This document shows, in pieces, positions 35,701 through 48,024 of a stretch of DNA of 64,000 bases. This stretch comes from Piromyces finnis finn (taxonomy: Eukaryota; Fungi; Neocallimastigomycota). The notes under the pieces are model-generated. The model was not told the origin of the DNA. It saw nothing but the letters and a program-made list of their open reading frames with translations, and searched no databases. How positions within the stretch are numbered: the first letter of the stretch is position 1; the number at the start of each line of letters is the position of its first letter. Where the stretch lies: NCBI GenBank assembly GCA_002104945.1, contig MCFH01000046.1, positions 124,001-188,000 of the forward strand, in the 5' to 3' direction. The translations under genes and the position numbers were made by a program.

Positions 35701-36765
35701 CGAAGTTCAAACTATATAGTAAAAATAATAATTAAGATATTAAATATATGTCATCAAAATAAAAATATTTTTTTCTAAAAATCTTTTCATAATGTACTGT
35801 ACTTTTAATAATTCAAAAAAATATTTTTATTGAAATTCAATAAAATATAATTAAGTTCTTCATAATAGGAAAATTATTATTAAGCACAATTTACAATATC
35901 TTTATTTGATTATTTATACGATATTTACTCTATACATATCAATAGAACCTTCAATCCATGATCTTAATTTGGAATACCCTTCCTCATATAAATTATCATC
36001 TTTTTCAGTACTTGATGTATTTGCAATTATATAATTATTTGGATTATCAGTTGTTTCTTTTGGTGGTTCATGATTTATTGAAGGAGTTGATTCATTGCTT
36101 TTTAAATCTTCCATGAATGCTTGCTCTGCATTTTTGTAACCTTTTTTCCTTAAGTATTTTAATATAGTTTGTTCAACATCCTCACTTTCTGAACCACTAT
36201 CTGAATTAACTGTAGAATCAACTTGAACTGAATCTGTTGTTTGAATTGTAGATTGTTGAAGAATTTGATTTTCTCCATTAATTTGATTTTTATCTTTGTT
36301 TTGATCCTGTTTTTGTATTTGATTTAAATCATTCTTATTCTGATTTTGTGTTTGATTTGAATTTTGTGTTTGATCCTGATTTTGATTCAAATTTTGATTT
36401 TTGATTTGAGTTTGAGGTTGATTTTGGGTTTGAGTTTGAGCTTGAATTGAATTTTGGGTTTGAATTTGGGTTTGAGTTTGAATTTGAGCTTCAGTTTGAG
36501 CTTGAATTGAATTTTGGGTTTGAGTTTGAGTTTGGGTTTGAGTTTGAGTTTCACTTTGAGTTTGGGTTTGGGTTTGGGTTTGAGTTTGAGTTTGGATTTG
36601 AGTTTGAATTTGAATTTGAGTTTGAGTTTCACTTTGAGTTTGATTTAGATTGTCATTTGGAATATCAGATGTTTTTTGCGGTGAAATTGATTGAGGTTGT
36701 GAACTTGATGTTGATGATGATATTGGTGAAGTTATTTGTGAAATTTGAGATTTGTTATCCGACAT
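32734..36765 (-). CDS. TAF5: TFIID/SAGA subunit TAF5 (Q/T-rich N-terminus, LisH, NTD2, WD40 repeats); multi-exon
   Basis: Motifs include [72 protein letters not shown] and GHFSDVD. The C-terminus [29 protein letters not shown] ends at 32734. Confidence 0.92.
36420..36640 (-). repeat. Coding hexamer-based repeat, (QT)n/QIQT, in the TAF5 N-terminal extension
   Basis: ACTCAA/ACCCAA units in the first exon; boundaries are approximate. Confidence 0.75.
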
Positions 36766-39700
36766 TTTTAAATTGTTAAAAATATATAATTATTAAAGTA
36801 TTAAAATTGAAAATTAAATATTATAAAATATTGAAATTATATATAAATAATCATTTAATAGATCTTGGTATATATTTATATATGTTTATTTATTATTTTT
36901 TTTTAGTTGTAAAAAATAAAATTTATAATGTAATTTAAAAAAAGTAAAGTATTTGCAGTATATTTAAAATTATTAAATTATAAATTATGATTAAATAATT
37001 ATAATTTAATTGGGAAAGGTGGATTACAATATATAATTAATGATTTATAATTTAATAATATTTGCCACATTATTAGAATTTTTAAACAAACTATGTAATT
37101 TATGATATATGATATTATTTCAATTATTGTAATGAATTTGAATGAATTATCATAATCAATTACAGTTTTTTTTATTAAAAAATATAAAATTTTCTTTTAG
37201 ATTTTGAATTTTTGAGGCTGTAGCATATTAATGTTACAATAATTTATTTATATTTATATTTTTAGTTAATTATCTATAAACATATTTATTTGTATTTAAA
37301 TTATATGTTTTTATTATTTATATTTCCTTTAATTAAACACATATTTATTCAAAAAATTTTTAATATTACCTATATAATTATTTTATTATATTTTTACTTG
37401 TATGCAAAAAAAAATATTTTGTTAATAATATAGTAATATCTTTTATTATAAAATTCATAAATTTATTTGAATAGAAAGTGTATTATTATATTTATTATAT
37501 TTTATAATTAATAATTCCTTTATACCAAGAAATCAATTATTTTCTTGAAACTAAAAAATGTTGACAATACATTATAATTATTACAATCTTTTATTTTATA
37601 TTTTATTTTATTTTATTTTATTTTTTTTTTTTTGAAAATTTCGATATATAATATATAAAGATTCTATATTCAGTTTTTTATATAAGTATTTTATTTTTCT
37701 ACATTAATATTATATGCTTTCAATATATTCACATTTTTATATAAGGAAAATGTGGGTGATACAAGAGTTTATTATAAAAACTTGGTAAATAACTTTTTTA
37801 ATTTTTTTTGAATTAAAAAAATTTATTTTAATATATCAACTTTTCCTTAATATATTAAATTCTTGCTATTTATAAATTTTTGATAAAATTCTTTCTTCTA
37901 AAACGTTTTATAATCTAATATATAAATGATACCAGTTTACAAAATTTATATAAATATAATGTATAATATATATTGGGAACATTTTAATAGTATAATGTAG
38001 TATATGCATTTTTAATACCAATTCTTAATAAAATTATAAAAACCTTTTCATTTTTTGTTTATTTTAATACATAAAATTCTATAATATTATAATTGGAAAT
38101 ATAATTTATTTTTATTAATACATATATAAACAATATTTAACTTTTTTATAATTTTTTATCATTTATTATTTTATACTTTTTAATTTCTTGTGACGATTTA
38201 TATATATTTTATATATATAATTTTAATCTAATTATAAGATTATTAGTTGTCTTTGCTTTAATAGTAATTTAAGGTTTAATTAACATCACCTATTTATTCA
38301 AGCATTGTCTTTTAACATATTTTTTTATATACTTTAATTATTAATGAATTAATAATTAAAATATTTATAATAATTGCTTTTTTTTTTATTTATAAGATAT
38401 AATTATTAGTTATATATAGTACTCATATGAGTTAACATAATTTATTGTAACAATATAAGCAATAAAGAAATAATGTTTATAATAGCATTATTCAAAATAT
38501 AGTAAAAAAAAACTTTTCTTAATCATATATTGTCTTTTTTTACAATCTTACAAAAAATATTGGTAATGTATTACATTGTATACATTTTCATAATTTTTAG
38601 AATTTCTGTATTAAATGATATTTCGATTTTATATATTTTTTGACCTTTTTATATTCATTTTTTACATATATTATTAAATTTTCAAGTAATGAAAAAAGTT
38701 TAAAATAGAAAAAGAATGTGATAATTAAAAATTATTATATTCCGTTTTTTTTATGAAAAAATATAATTTGAATATAAATATAAATGATTTTTCCATAAAA
38801 ATTTTTTATATGATAAAAAATATTTTAAAGTTAGTTATATAAAACTTAATATTATAACCAAGAAAAAAAAAAGAATTATAAATATAAATTTTACTAGTCT
38901 CTTAATAATAATTGTTTAATAGTATATAAAAATTTAAAGATAATTTTTTTACTATTATATTTATTTTTCCAAGAAAGAAAAAAGTAAGTATTTCTTATTT
39001 TCATTTAATAATCTATAAAATTTTTGATATTATACACAAATTTTTGATATAAATAACAATAATAATTATTTAAAATAAAATGTTATAAAGTACATTACAT
39101 TTTTTTTTTTTTTATAAAAGGCAACATTAACATTCAAAAAAATTATATAACTATTAGTATTAATATTATAAATCATGAATATAATAAATATAAATATAAG
39201 AAAGTAAATCAATTATTAAAATATTCTAATTAAAAGTTATATATTTAATATAAAATCCTTCTATAATAAAGAATTAATAACAATATTTAAAAGAAAAGGC
39301 AACATTAACAAATAGAAATAATTTGCAAATAAAAATATTATATAATCAATATATTTATAAAATACAAGAAATTATAAGAATAAAATTAATTAAAAAAAGG
39401 AAAATCATAACAAATCCTCACATTTTTTAACAATAAAGCAGTCAATAATATAAAATTAAAAACTGCATAAAAATATAAACACTAATTATAAAAAATTTTT
39501 TACTTTATAAAATTAATAATAATAGTATTATTATTTTTAAATATTTAAAATTGTGAATAATAATTTATATTCAATATATACTTTAATATATTCATAATTT
39601 ATATTATTTTAACATATAGATATAAAATAATATATAATAATAAAATATTAAATAAATAAAAAAAAATTTGAAAAGTATTATTAAAAAAATCAAATTAAAA

Positions 39701-40307
39701 AAATTTATTATAGTTTTAATTTTGAATTTTAAAACTATTATTTTTTAACTTTTCATTTATAAAAAAAAATTATATAGTATCTTCTTTTCTATTGCTTTTT
39801 ATTTCTTTATTTCCCTGTTTTAAATCTCATTAAAACAGAAGTTTTTTTTTATTGATCCATTTAATAGCCAATTTATTGTCTTTTTTTTCCAAATTTATTA
39901 CTTTTTTATTTATTTTTTTTAAAAAAAAGAAAAAAATAGATTTTATTAAAACTTTAAAAAAAACTTGTAAAGGAAATAGTAAATGTATTGTATTGTATAT
40001 TATATATTTATAAAGTAACTAATTTTTACTTCTTCTCATTTTCTATATATTTCTTCCTCATTTTTATTCTTATTTATTTTGTTAAAAAGAAAAATTTTTT
40101 TTTTCTTTTTAATTATAATTTTCTTTATTTCTTTAAAAAGAATATAGAATGAAAAAATAATTCACTATCTTACATATATGATCTATTTTTACTTCCATAT
40201 TATTATAATATTTTAAATAAGTACTAAAATTATTAGTTCAAATAAAGCCTCATAAAAACTTCATTCATTCATTCATTATATTCTCAATTAACCTAATTTA
40301 TCTAAAG

Positions 40308-40940
40308 ATGGAATCAAATATTTCAAAATTTCCATCAAATTATAATCAAATATTATTTGAAACAATTAATTTATGTGGGAATGAAGAAGAAAATGAATTT
40401 AGAAGGATAAACTTTATTAGCCATTACAATAAATTAAAATCAAATCAAAACAATACGAATTCAAAATTATTAAAAAAGTCATATACAATTAAAAAAGCTC
40501 AAAGTAAAAACAGTAAAGATATTGTTTCCATAAACACAGTTGTAGATATGTTAAATAGTAGTATTTGTAAAGCTAATAAAGAAAAAAATAATATACCACT
40601 TAATATACCTCCAAAAACAAAATTTGATATAAATAATAATGATAAATGCATTAATTTTGATTTTATAGATAAAATACAGGAATATAAAAACGAAACAAAG
40701 GACATTAATAAATCTATAACTAAATTTTCAAAAATTGATAATGAAGATTTAAATGATGATATTCAAGATGATATTAGACAGTATTTAAATGGCAACAATA
40801 ATAAAATAAATGAAAAAGATACAGGTATAAAAAATAAAAAAAATATTAAGAAAAAGAAAAAGAAAATGATTAAAATGGAGCTTCCAACTAATGGCTTCGA
40901 TATTGAATTTCCAATTATTAGAAATCCAAATTCTTTTGTA

Positions 40941-40999
<59 letters not shown>

Positions 41000-41126
41000 A
41001 AGTTATACCATATTAACTAAAAGAAAGCAAAAGCAAAAACTCATTGAAAATGTTGAATTGTTCAATAAAAATTTAATGAATGATAATGATACAAATAATT
41101 TTTTAAATATCTTAGAAATACCAAAA

Positions 41127-41157
<31 letters not shown>

Positions 41158-42724
41158 ATAATAATAAAAATGAATTGCCCATTATTAGTAAAGTTATTCT
41201 TAAAGAAGCTAAAAAAATAATTAATAATGATAATAATATCGATATAACTAATGATAATGAATTGACAGATGCAAATGGTACATCAAATCCTTCTAATTCT
41301 AATAATAGGATTTTACGTAGTCAGTCAAATTCTAATAACAATAATATAAGTTTTAATCAATTCAACAAGAATATAGACAAAAATAGAAATAATAATTTCA
41401 GTAATGATAATGAAAATAATAGACGTGATAGAGGTAATATTAATGATAATAATGAAAATAATAATGCTCCAAAACTAAAAGTAACAAATAAAGAAATAAG
41501 AAAAATACGTCGTGCTTTACGTAGAGCTACTGTAGATTGTTCAGAACGTGGTTTATTTCAAGCTTCTAAATGGTAAATATTTGGAAAATTTAGATTAATT
41601 AATTTCGAATGATTAAAAAATTATAGAATATAATTCATTATTAAACTTTTTAAAAGAAAAAAGATGTTAACAATAAATAATAATATAATTTAAATTTGTA
41701 CAGGGCATCAGAACAATTAAATAGTATAACAAAAGCATCCGAAAGTCTAAATCAATATAGAGTATATAAAAGTCAAAAGAAAAGAAAAAGAAATAAAAAT
41801 AAGGGCCAATCAATGGATGAAAATAAAATTGGTATCGATATAATGGATGAGGATGAGTCTAGTAGTGATGATGAATGCGATATTTATTATTATTCAGATA
41901 GTGATAATGAAGATCAAATTATAAGCAATGACATTAATATGAATTCTATATTTAATAGTACCCCATATAATAAAGTCTTAAACTCTTCATCAACAACAAT
42001 GAAAAATGATGTTAAGTCAAAAAAATCAAGTAAACAAAAATATCCACATAATCCAAAGATGACTTATAAAGAGTATGATAAATTTTTGTTTGCAAGAACT
42101 TTATTTGATATTCGCGAATTTGATCGTGCATCATATACTTTAAATTCATTAACGCATCCGAAATGTATATTTTTAAGACTATATTCAAAATTTATGGTAA
42201 TATCTAAAGAAAAATATTTTTAACCAAACAATATTATAAAATGAAATTATATATATTCAGATATATTTATATAACTAAATATTAATAAAAATGTATAACA
42301 TAAATAATAATTGTTTTAAAAAAAAACTATATTAAAGGCTGGTGAAAAAAGAAAAGATGAAGAAATTGTCGATATTGTTGGATTAAATGAGAATACTTAT
42401 TATATGAATAAGGATATAGTTGAAATAGAAACAGATTTAATAGAGGGCATAAAAAATAACCCAGATGATGGCTTTTTATTTTATTTGTAAGCTATAAAGT
42501 TTATAAATAAACATGATAAATGAAATTTAAACATTTATTACACATCTTAAATTCGTTTTAATTAATTTAATAAAAATATCATTTAGGTATGGAGTAATAT
42601 GTGTTAAAAAGAATCAAAAGAAAAAGGCAATACAACTTTTAACAAGATCGGTAAAATTATACCCATATAACTGGAGTGCATGGCTAGAATTAGCATCTTG
42701 TTTAATCACTCAAGAATTAGTAAT

Positions 42725-42823
<99 letters not shown>

Positions 42824-44365
42824 CATCATCATAATTATTCAATACAAAAGTATTTTTTAATAAATTATTAAAATCATATAATTAATTTTTGTAATTAGAT
42901 TACCAGTGTATTACCAGAAATCGAAGATAATTTAATGTCTAGATTCTTTATGACTCATTTAGCATTGGAGTATCAAAACAATAATGAAAACTTCGAAAAT
43001 TATATTAAACCTTGTATAGAAATATTTGATGATAGTAATTATATTCGTTCTCAACTGGCATTATCAAATTATCACACCAGAGGTTAATAAAATTTTAAAT
43101 AAATATATTTTTTAAATATTCATTTTAATTTAATATATTTATAAAAAAGCATTGCCATTATATTATATTATTATATTATAACACATTATATTATATGAAT
43201 AATGACAAATTAATATGAATAATAAAATATTTTTTATTTTTAATAATAATAGATTTTGAAGAATCTGAACAATATTTTGATAAGATTATCAAAAAGGATC
43301 CATATACCCTAGAAAACATGGATATTTTCTCACATGTGTTATATGTAACAGAAAAAGCAACCAAATTAAGTTATTTAGCTCATAATTGTTGTATGATTGA
43401 TAAATATCGTCAAGAAACGTGTTGTATTATTGGTAATTATTATTCTTTACGTGGTGAACATGAAAAAGCAGTATTGTATTTCCAACGAGCATTAAAACTT
43501 AATAAAAATTATCTTTCAGCATGGACATTAATGGGTCATGAATATATTGAACTAAAAAATACTCAGGCAGCAATAGAGGCTTATCGAAAAGCCATTGGTA
43601 TGTATCTATAGTTTTTTAAAATAAATATGTTATTTTTTCCATCGCTATTATATTATAAAGAAAGTATATTCATTAATAATTATAAATATTTTTTAACCTT
43701 TTTATTTAAAGATTTAAGTCAAAGAGATTATAGAGCATGGTATGGTTTAGGTCAAATTTATGAAGTATTAAGAATGCCTTATTATTCACTTTATTATTAT
43801 CAACAAGCGGCATCATTGAGGTAAATACAATATCAATAATAACTTGAAGGAATTAATATTTATATATACAATTAATTATTATATATATAATAGGCCATAC
43901 GATTCTAGAATGTGGGTTGCATTAGCCCAATGCTATGACTATATGGATCATAAAATAGAAGCAGTTAAATGCTATAAGCGTGCTTTAATAGGAGGTGACT
44001 CAGGACCAATTGTTCTTATTAAATTAGCCAATCTTTATGCAAAACTTGGAAATAACGATACAGCAGCATATTATTATCGCTTTAGTTTGTTGGAATATAA
44101 AAAATTAAATAACGTAAGTTTTCCTAGCATTTTTTAAATTTATTGAAAAGTATTTTTAATCATAAGTTAATAATATATAATATTTATTAAATAAAATTGA
44201 AAAAAAAAAAAAATAGATTGAAGATCCAAATTATCAAGAAGGATGTATATTTATGGCGAACTATTATAAACGTAAAAAGAATTATCAAAATGCAGAAAAA
44301 TATTTACAAGATGTAAGAACCAAAAATAATTTGCATTTTTATTACATTATAATACAACAATCTAC

Positions 44366-44399
<34 letters not shown>

Positions 44400-44502
44400 A
44401 ACAATATTATTAATTGTTTTAAATATTTTATAGGTATTACATACGGAAGAAGGGAAAAGTTTAGTGAAAGAATTAAAAAGTCTACAAATGGCAGAAGCTT
44501 AA
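40308..44502 (+). CDS. CDC23: Anaphase-promoting complex subunit CDC23/APC8 (TPR protein) with a long Asn/Lys-rich N-terminal extension; multi-exon
   Basis: Motifs include [19 protein letters not shown]|[66 protein letters not shown] and [14 protein letters not shown]. The last exon ends ...KSLQMAEA* at 44502. The start codon is uncertain. Confidence 0.92.
42728..42823. repeat. (AAT)32 microsatellite followed by (CAT)3 inside a CDC23 intron
   Basis: Read directly; it follows the donor after ...ITQEL and precedes the ITSVLPE exon. Confidence 0.88.
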
Positions 44503-45043
44503 TAATCTTTTTGATTTTTTTTTTAAATGTATATTATAAATTAAACTATCACCCTTTTTATTTTATTTTTAATTTTATTATTATTTTTTATTTATTTTCT
44601 ATTTGTATCAAATTCATTTTCAGGCACTATTAATAACATGATATAATATATATATATATATATTAATATTTAACATTTCTATTATTTAAATATAATATAT
44701 AACAGTTTTCCCCTAAAATATATAAATATTTATTTTACTATTTATTTATTATCTTCATTTCTCATTATTTTCGTTTCTTCATATATCATTAACATACATA
44801 ACTCAATAAGCATATATAATGTAATAAATATTTATATTATACAATGACAAATAATACAATAATTACAACAAAAAAATAAAAAATAAAAATTCAATATAAA
44901 TAATCAAATACTTATATATATATTAAAAATATTTATATGATGAATGTTAAAATATATGTTTCTTTTATTTTTTTTTTTCTGCTGCAATTATAGAATAACC
45001 AGAGATATGGTTTAGTATTATAAAAATAAATATTTTTATTTAT

Positions 45044-46364
45044 TTAAAATATTTTTCGTAATATTCTTCTGTAAAGACGAATATTTCTAATAGTAGATCT
45101 TTTTACAGGAAATTTCTTTGGTAAAATGTGTCTTATTCTTTTTGGTATATGATCTAGTATAAACTTTTCTAATATACTACCAATAGGAAAGGTATTTTTT
45201 TTTATATATTTTTTGTATTCATTATTAGAACGTTGTTGAATTTTCCTTAATACATGACTTCTTTTACGTTGTTTTTTATATATCAATTGATCAATTGATA
45301 ATTTTTTTTGCTTTCTTCTTTTTCTTGATGATAATTGTTGTTTTTCTTCTGCCTGTTTTAGATTATATTTTTTTTCGTTTTTTGATTCCGACAGTTGTGA
45401 TTTTTTAGTTTGTAACTGTTTTTTAATTTCTGTAAAAAAGTTAAGCATAGTAAACTTATTAAATTTAGTATTTGGAATATGAAAAATCCCTTTAAAATAT
45501 TTCAATGTTTTTGAAATAAATCCTATCTTATCTTTTGTAATATATGGTATCATTAGTACTACTATGAAATTTATTGTTAATATTAGTTTAATTATTAATA
45601 TAATTTTATAATAAATCATTTTTTTTTTATAAATTACCTTGTTTATTTTTTTTAATAGCATAATCGCCAATAACAGTATCTTTAGTAGCTATATATTCTA
45701 GATGACTTTTTGGACAAATATTTAGATCAGTCTTATATTCTTTATTTTTTTTATTAATTATACTACCAATAGGTATATATAAATATGATATTGGAAAAGA
45801 TTCACTGATACTATTTTCAATCTTTGAACAAATATCCATCAACTTTTGGCAATCATTTATTGATTGAAAACTCCAACACTTATTAAGAACATAATGACAA
45901 CTTGACACTTGACTAGAAATACACATAGTATCACCAAACTCACATTTAAAATATCTGTCGTAGTCATAAATGTAATCATCAGTTAACGGTGGATCATAAT
46001 TCATAATCATATCACATATTTCAATAATTAATTGACAATAGTTTTCTAATGACAAATTATCAATATATTTTACTTCTTTATTATCACTATATTGGCAAAC
46101 CTCTGAATTTTTTATACATAACTTTATATTTTCATTTTTACAATTTATATTTCCAATTGGGCAAGACAAATATTTTAATAGTGAATCTGGGATAACTTTT
46201 CCAGACTTTGTTTTTATTTTTAATAAATTATATAATGGTCTTATACTACTCTCATCTCTATCAACCGAGTCTAAAATTTTACCATCACTTGACACTTGAT
46301 AAGCTCTTGATACTTCAAAAGCTAAATTAACTATAAATAGAATTACTATATAATACATATTCAT
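45044..46364 (-). CDS. Secreted cysteine-rich protein CRP5: one 12-Cys domain plus a probable second exon encoding a highly basic tail (predicted 414 aa)
   Basis: Signal peptide MNMYYIVILFIVNLAFEVSRA and domain IKTKSGKVIPDSLLKYLSCPIGNINC...CQKLMDIC. A donor AAG|GTAATT at 45637 and acceptor CATAG at 45562 define a 76-nt phase-1 intron that joins the ORF in frame to 45044-45561. The unspliced alternative is a 245-aa protein ending at 45627. Confidence 0.75.
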
Positions 46365-46864
46365 TATTAACTTTTTTTATTCTTTACATAGATATACTTA
46401 TTAATAGATTATTATAAAATTTTATTTATTTTTTTTTTTTGTTTTGTTTTATTAAATGATTATAATATTTATTGTGTTGTATTCTTATGTTTTGAAAAAT
46501 TTCGCGTTCATAATATAATAGTGGTGTTAAATAATGTATTATACATATTTATAAAAAGATTTTTTTTATTATTATGTATGTAATAATTAAAACCAATATT
46601 TAAATTGTTTTTGTAGTATCATTTTAATATTACTCAAGAACATATTAATAATCCAGAAATTAGTACCAAACTTTAATTTTAAATTACCAAATAAGTTTGC
46701 TAATTTTTAACAATTAAAAAATGAATCTTATTGGATAAAATTTTTTAATTTACATTTTATTTTTTCACTTAATTAAAATATAACTTAAATAGAATTAAGT
46801 TTTAATTACAAAACAAAATAATTTTTATTAGTAATAATTTATTTTCAGTCCTTTCTCCAAGAGA

Positions 46865-46985
<121 letters not shown>

Positions 46986-47295
46986 ATATTAAAACACTAT
47001 AATATAAATTAATAAAAAAATTATTTTATTAATTGGGAATATTCAAAATTTCTTATAATATAATAAAATTCTTATTTATAATTTTGCTTTTGAAATGAAA
47101 TGCTATTATTTTCCTAAAATTATTTTTATTATAAGTAATTTCATTGCTACCTTTATTTCATTCTAGAAAATCTAATATTAATTATTTTTTTTTCTCTAAT
47201 TTAGTTTTTATATTCTATTTATTATATTAATAATGTATAAAAGTTCTGTATACCTAAATAAAATAAATGTATTATGGAAATAAGTATATTATATT

Positions 47296-47308
47296 TTCTC
47301 GAACTTTT
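47296..47308. promoter_or_regulatory. Possible imperfect heat-shock element TTCtcGAActTTT upstream of Hsp104 copy B
   Basis: Alternating nGAAn/nTTCn units about 720 bp upstream of the ATG, with a second partial TTCtaGAA at 47161. Chance occurrence is plausible in DNA this AT-rich. Confidence 0.25.
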
Positions 47309-48024
47309 TTAAAAAATAAAAGAATTTTTTAAAGATAAAAATAAAATGTAATTTAATTTTATATTATTAATCTCCTGCTATTATATTTTAAATAAAAAAA
47401 TCCAAAAAGAAAAAAGAGAAATTGTAAGAAATACTAGAATATTTTAAAATTTTTATTTATTTCAAAAAAAAAGATTTATTAGTAATTATTATTGATATAC
47501 ATTTTACATTAAACTACATTAAATTTTGTAGTACTATTCTTTTATCAATATAATTATTCTACTAAATTCTATATTATTCTATATAATTCTACTACATTAA
47601 TTTTAGTAAATTTCAGTAGTTATAAACTTTATTAATTAATATTTCTAATTAATAATATAGAATAAATTAATTTCCATCAAATGGAAAAAAAGAATATAAT
47701 TTGGAGATTTGACATTTAAAAAAAAAAGTATAAATATAGCAAAAAAATATTCAAAAATTTTTTTACTTTATCGAATATTAAATATAATATTAAAATATAA
47801 TATTAATTATACCATAATAAAAACTATTAATATTTTAGCATTATAAAAAATAATAAAATTATTTTATAAATTATATATTATATATATAAAAAATCAAAAA
47901 ATCAAAATAAATTAAAGAACATTCATTAATATAAATTATAAATTAAATAAAAAAATAATTATTAATATCTATTTATCAAAAAAATTTTACATTTATTATA
48001 TTAAGTATTTTTATAACTTTTAAA

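Noticed and set aside
36387-36779. Alternate-frame (KLKLK)n and (FEFEF)n ORFs in TAF5, and similar repeat ORFs at 61800-62861
   Set aside because: These are frame shadows of the QT repeat in TAF5 and of the RD/charged repeats in PRP28.
39116-39310. 17-bp direct repeat AAAAGGCAACATTAACA at 39116 and 39294 in the TAF5-CDC23 spacer
   Set aside because: There are only two copies, with no element structure or ORF between them. It could be a binding site, but nothing else supports that.
45044-45670. Treating the 208-aa K/R-rich ORF as an independent gene
   Set aside because: Its first ~35 codons look like intron sequence and overlap the CRP5 end. A canonical in-frame intron explains it better as CRP5 exon 2.
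46500-46507. TTTCGCGT (E2F/SCB/MCB-like) motif upstream of CRP5
   Set aside because: It is a single short occurrence compatible with chance and is not seen upstream of the other family members.
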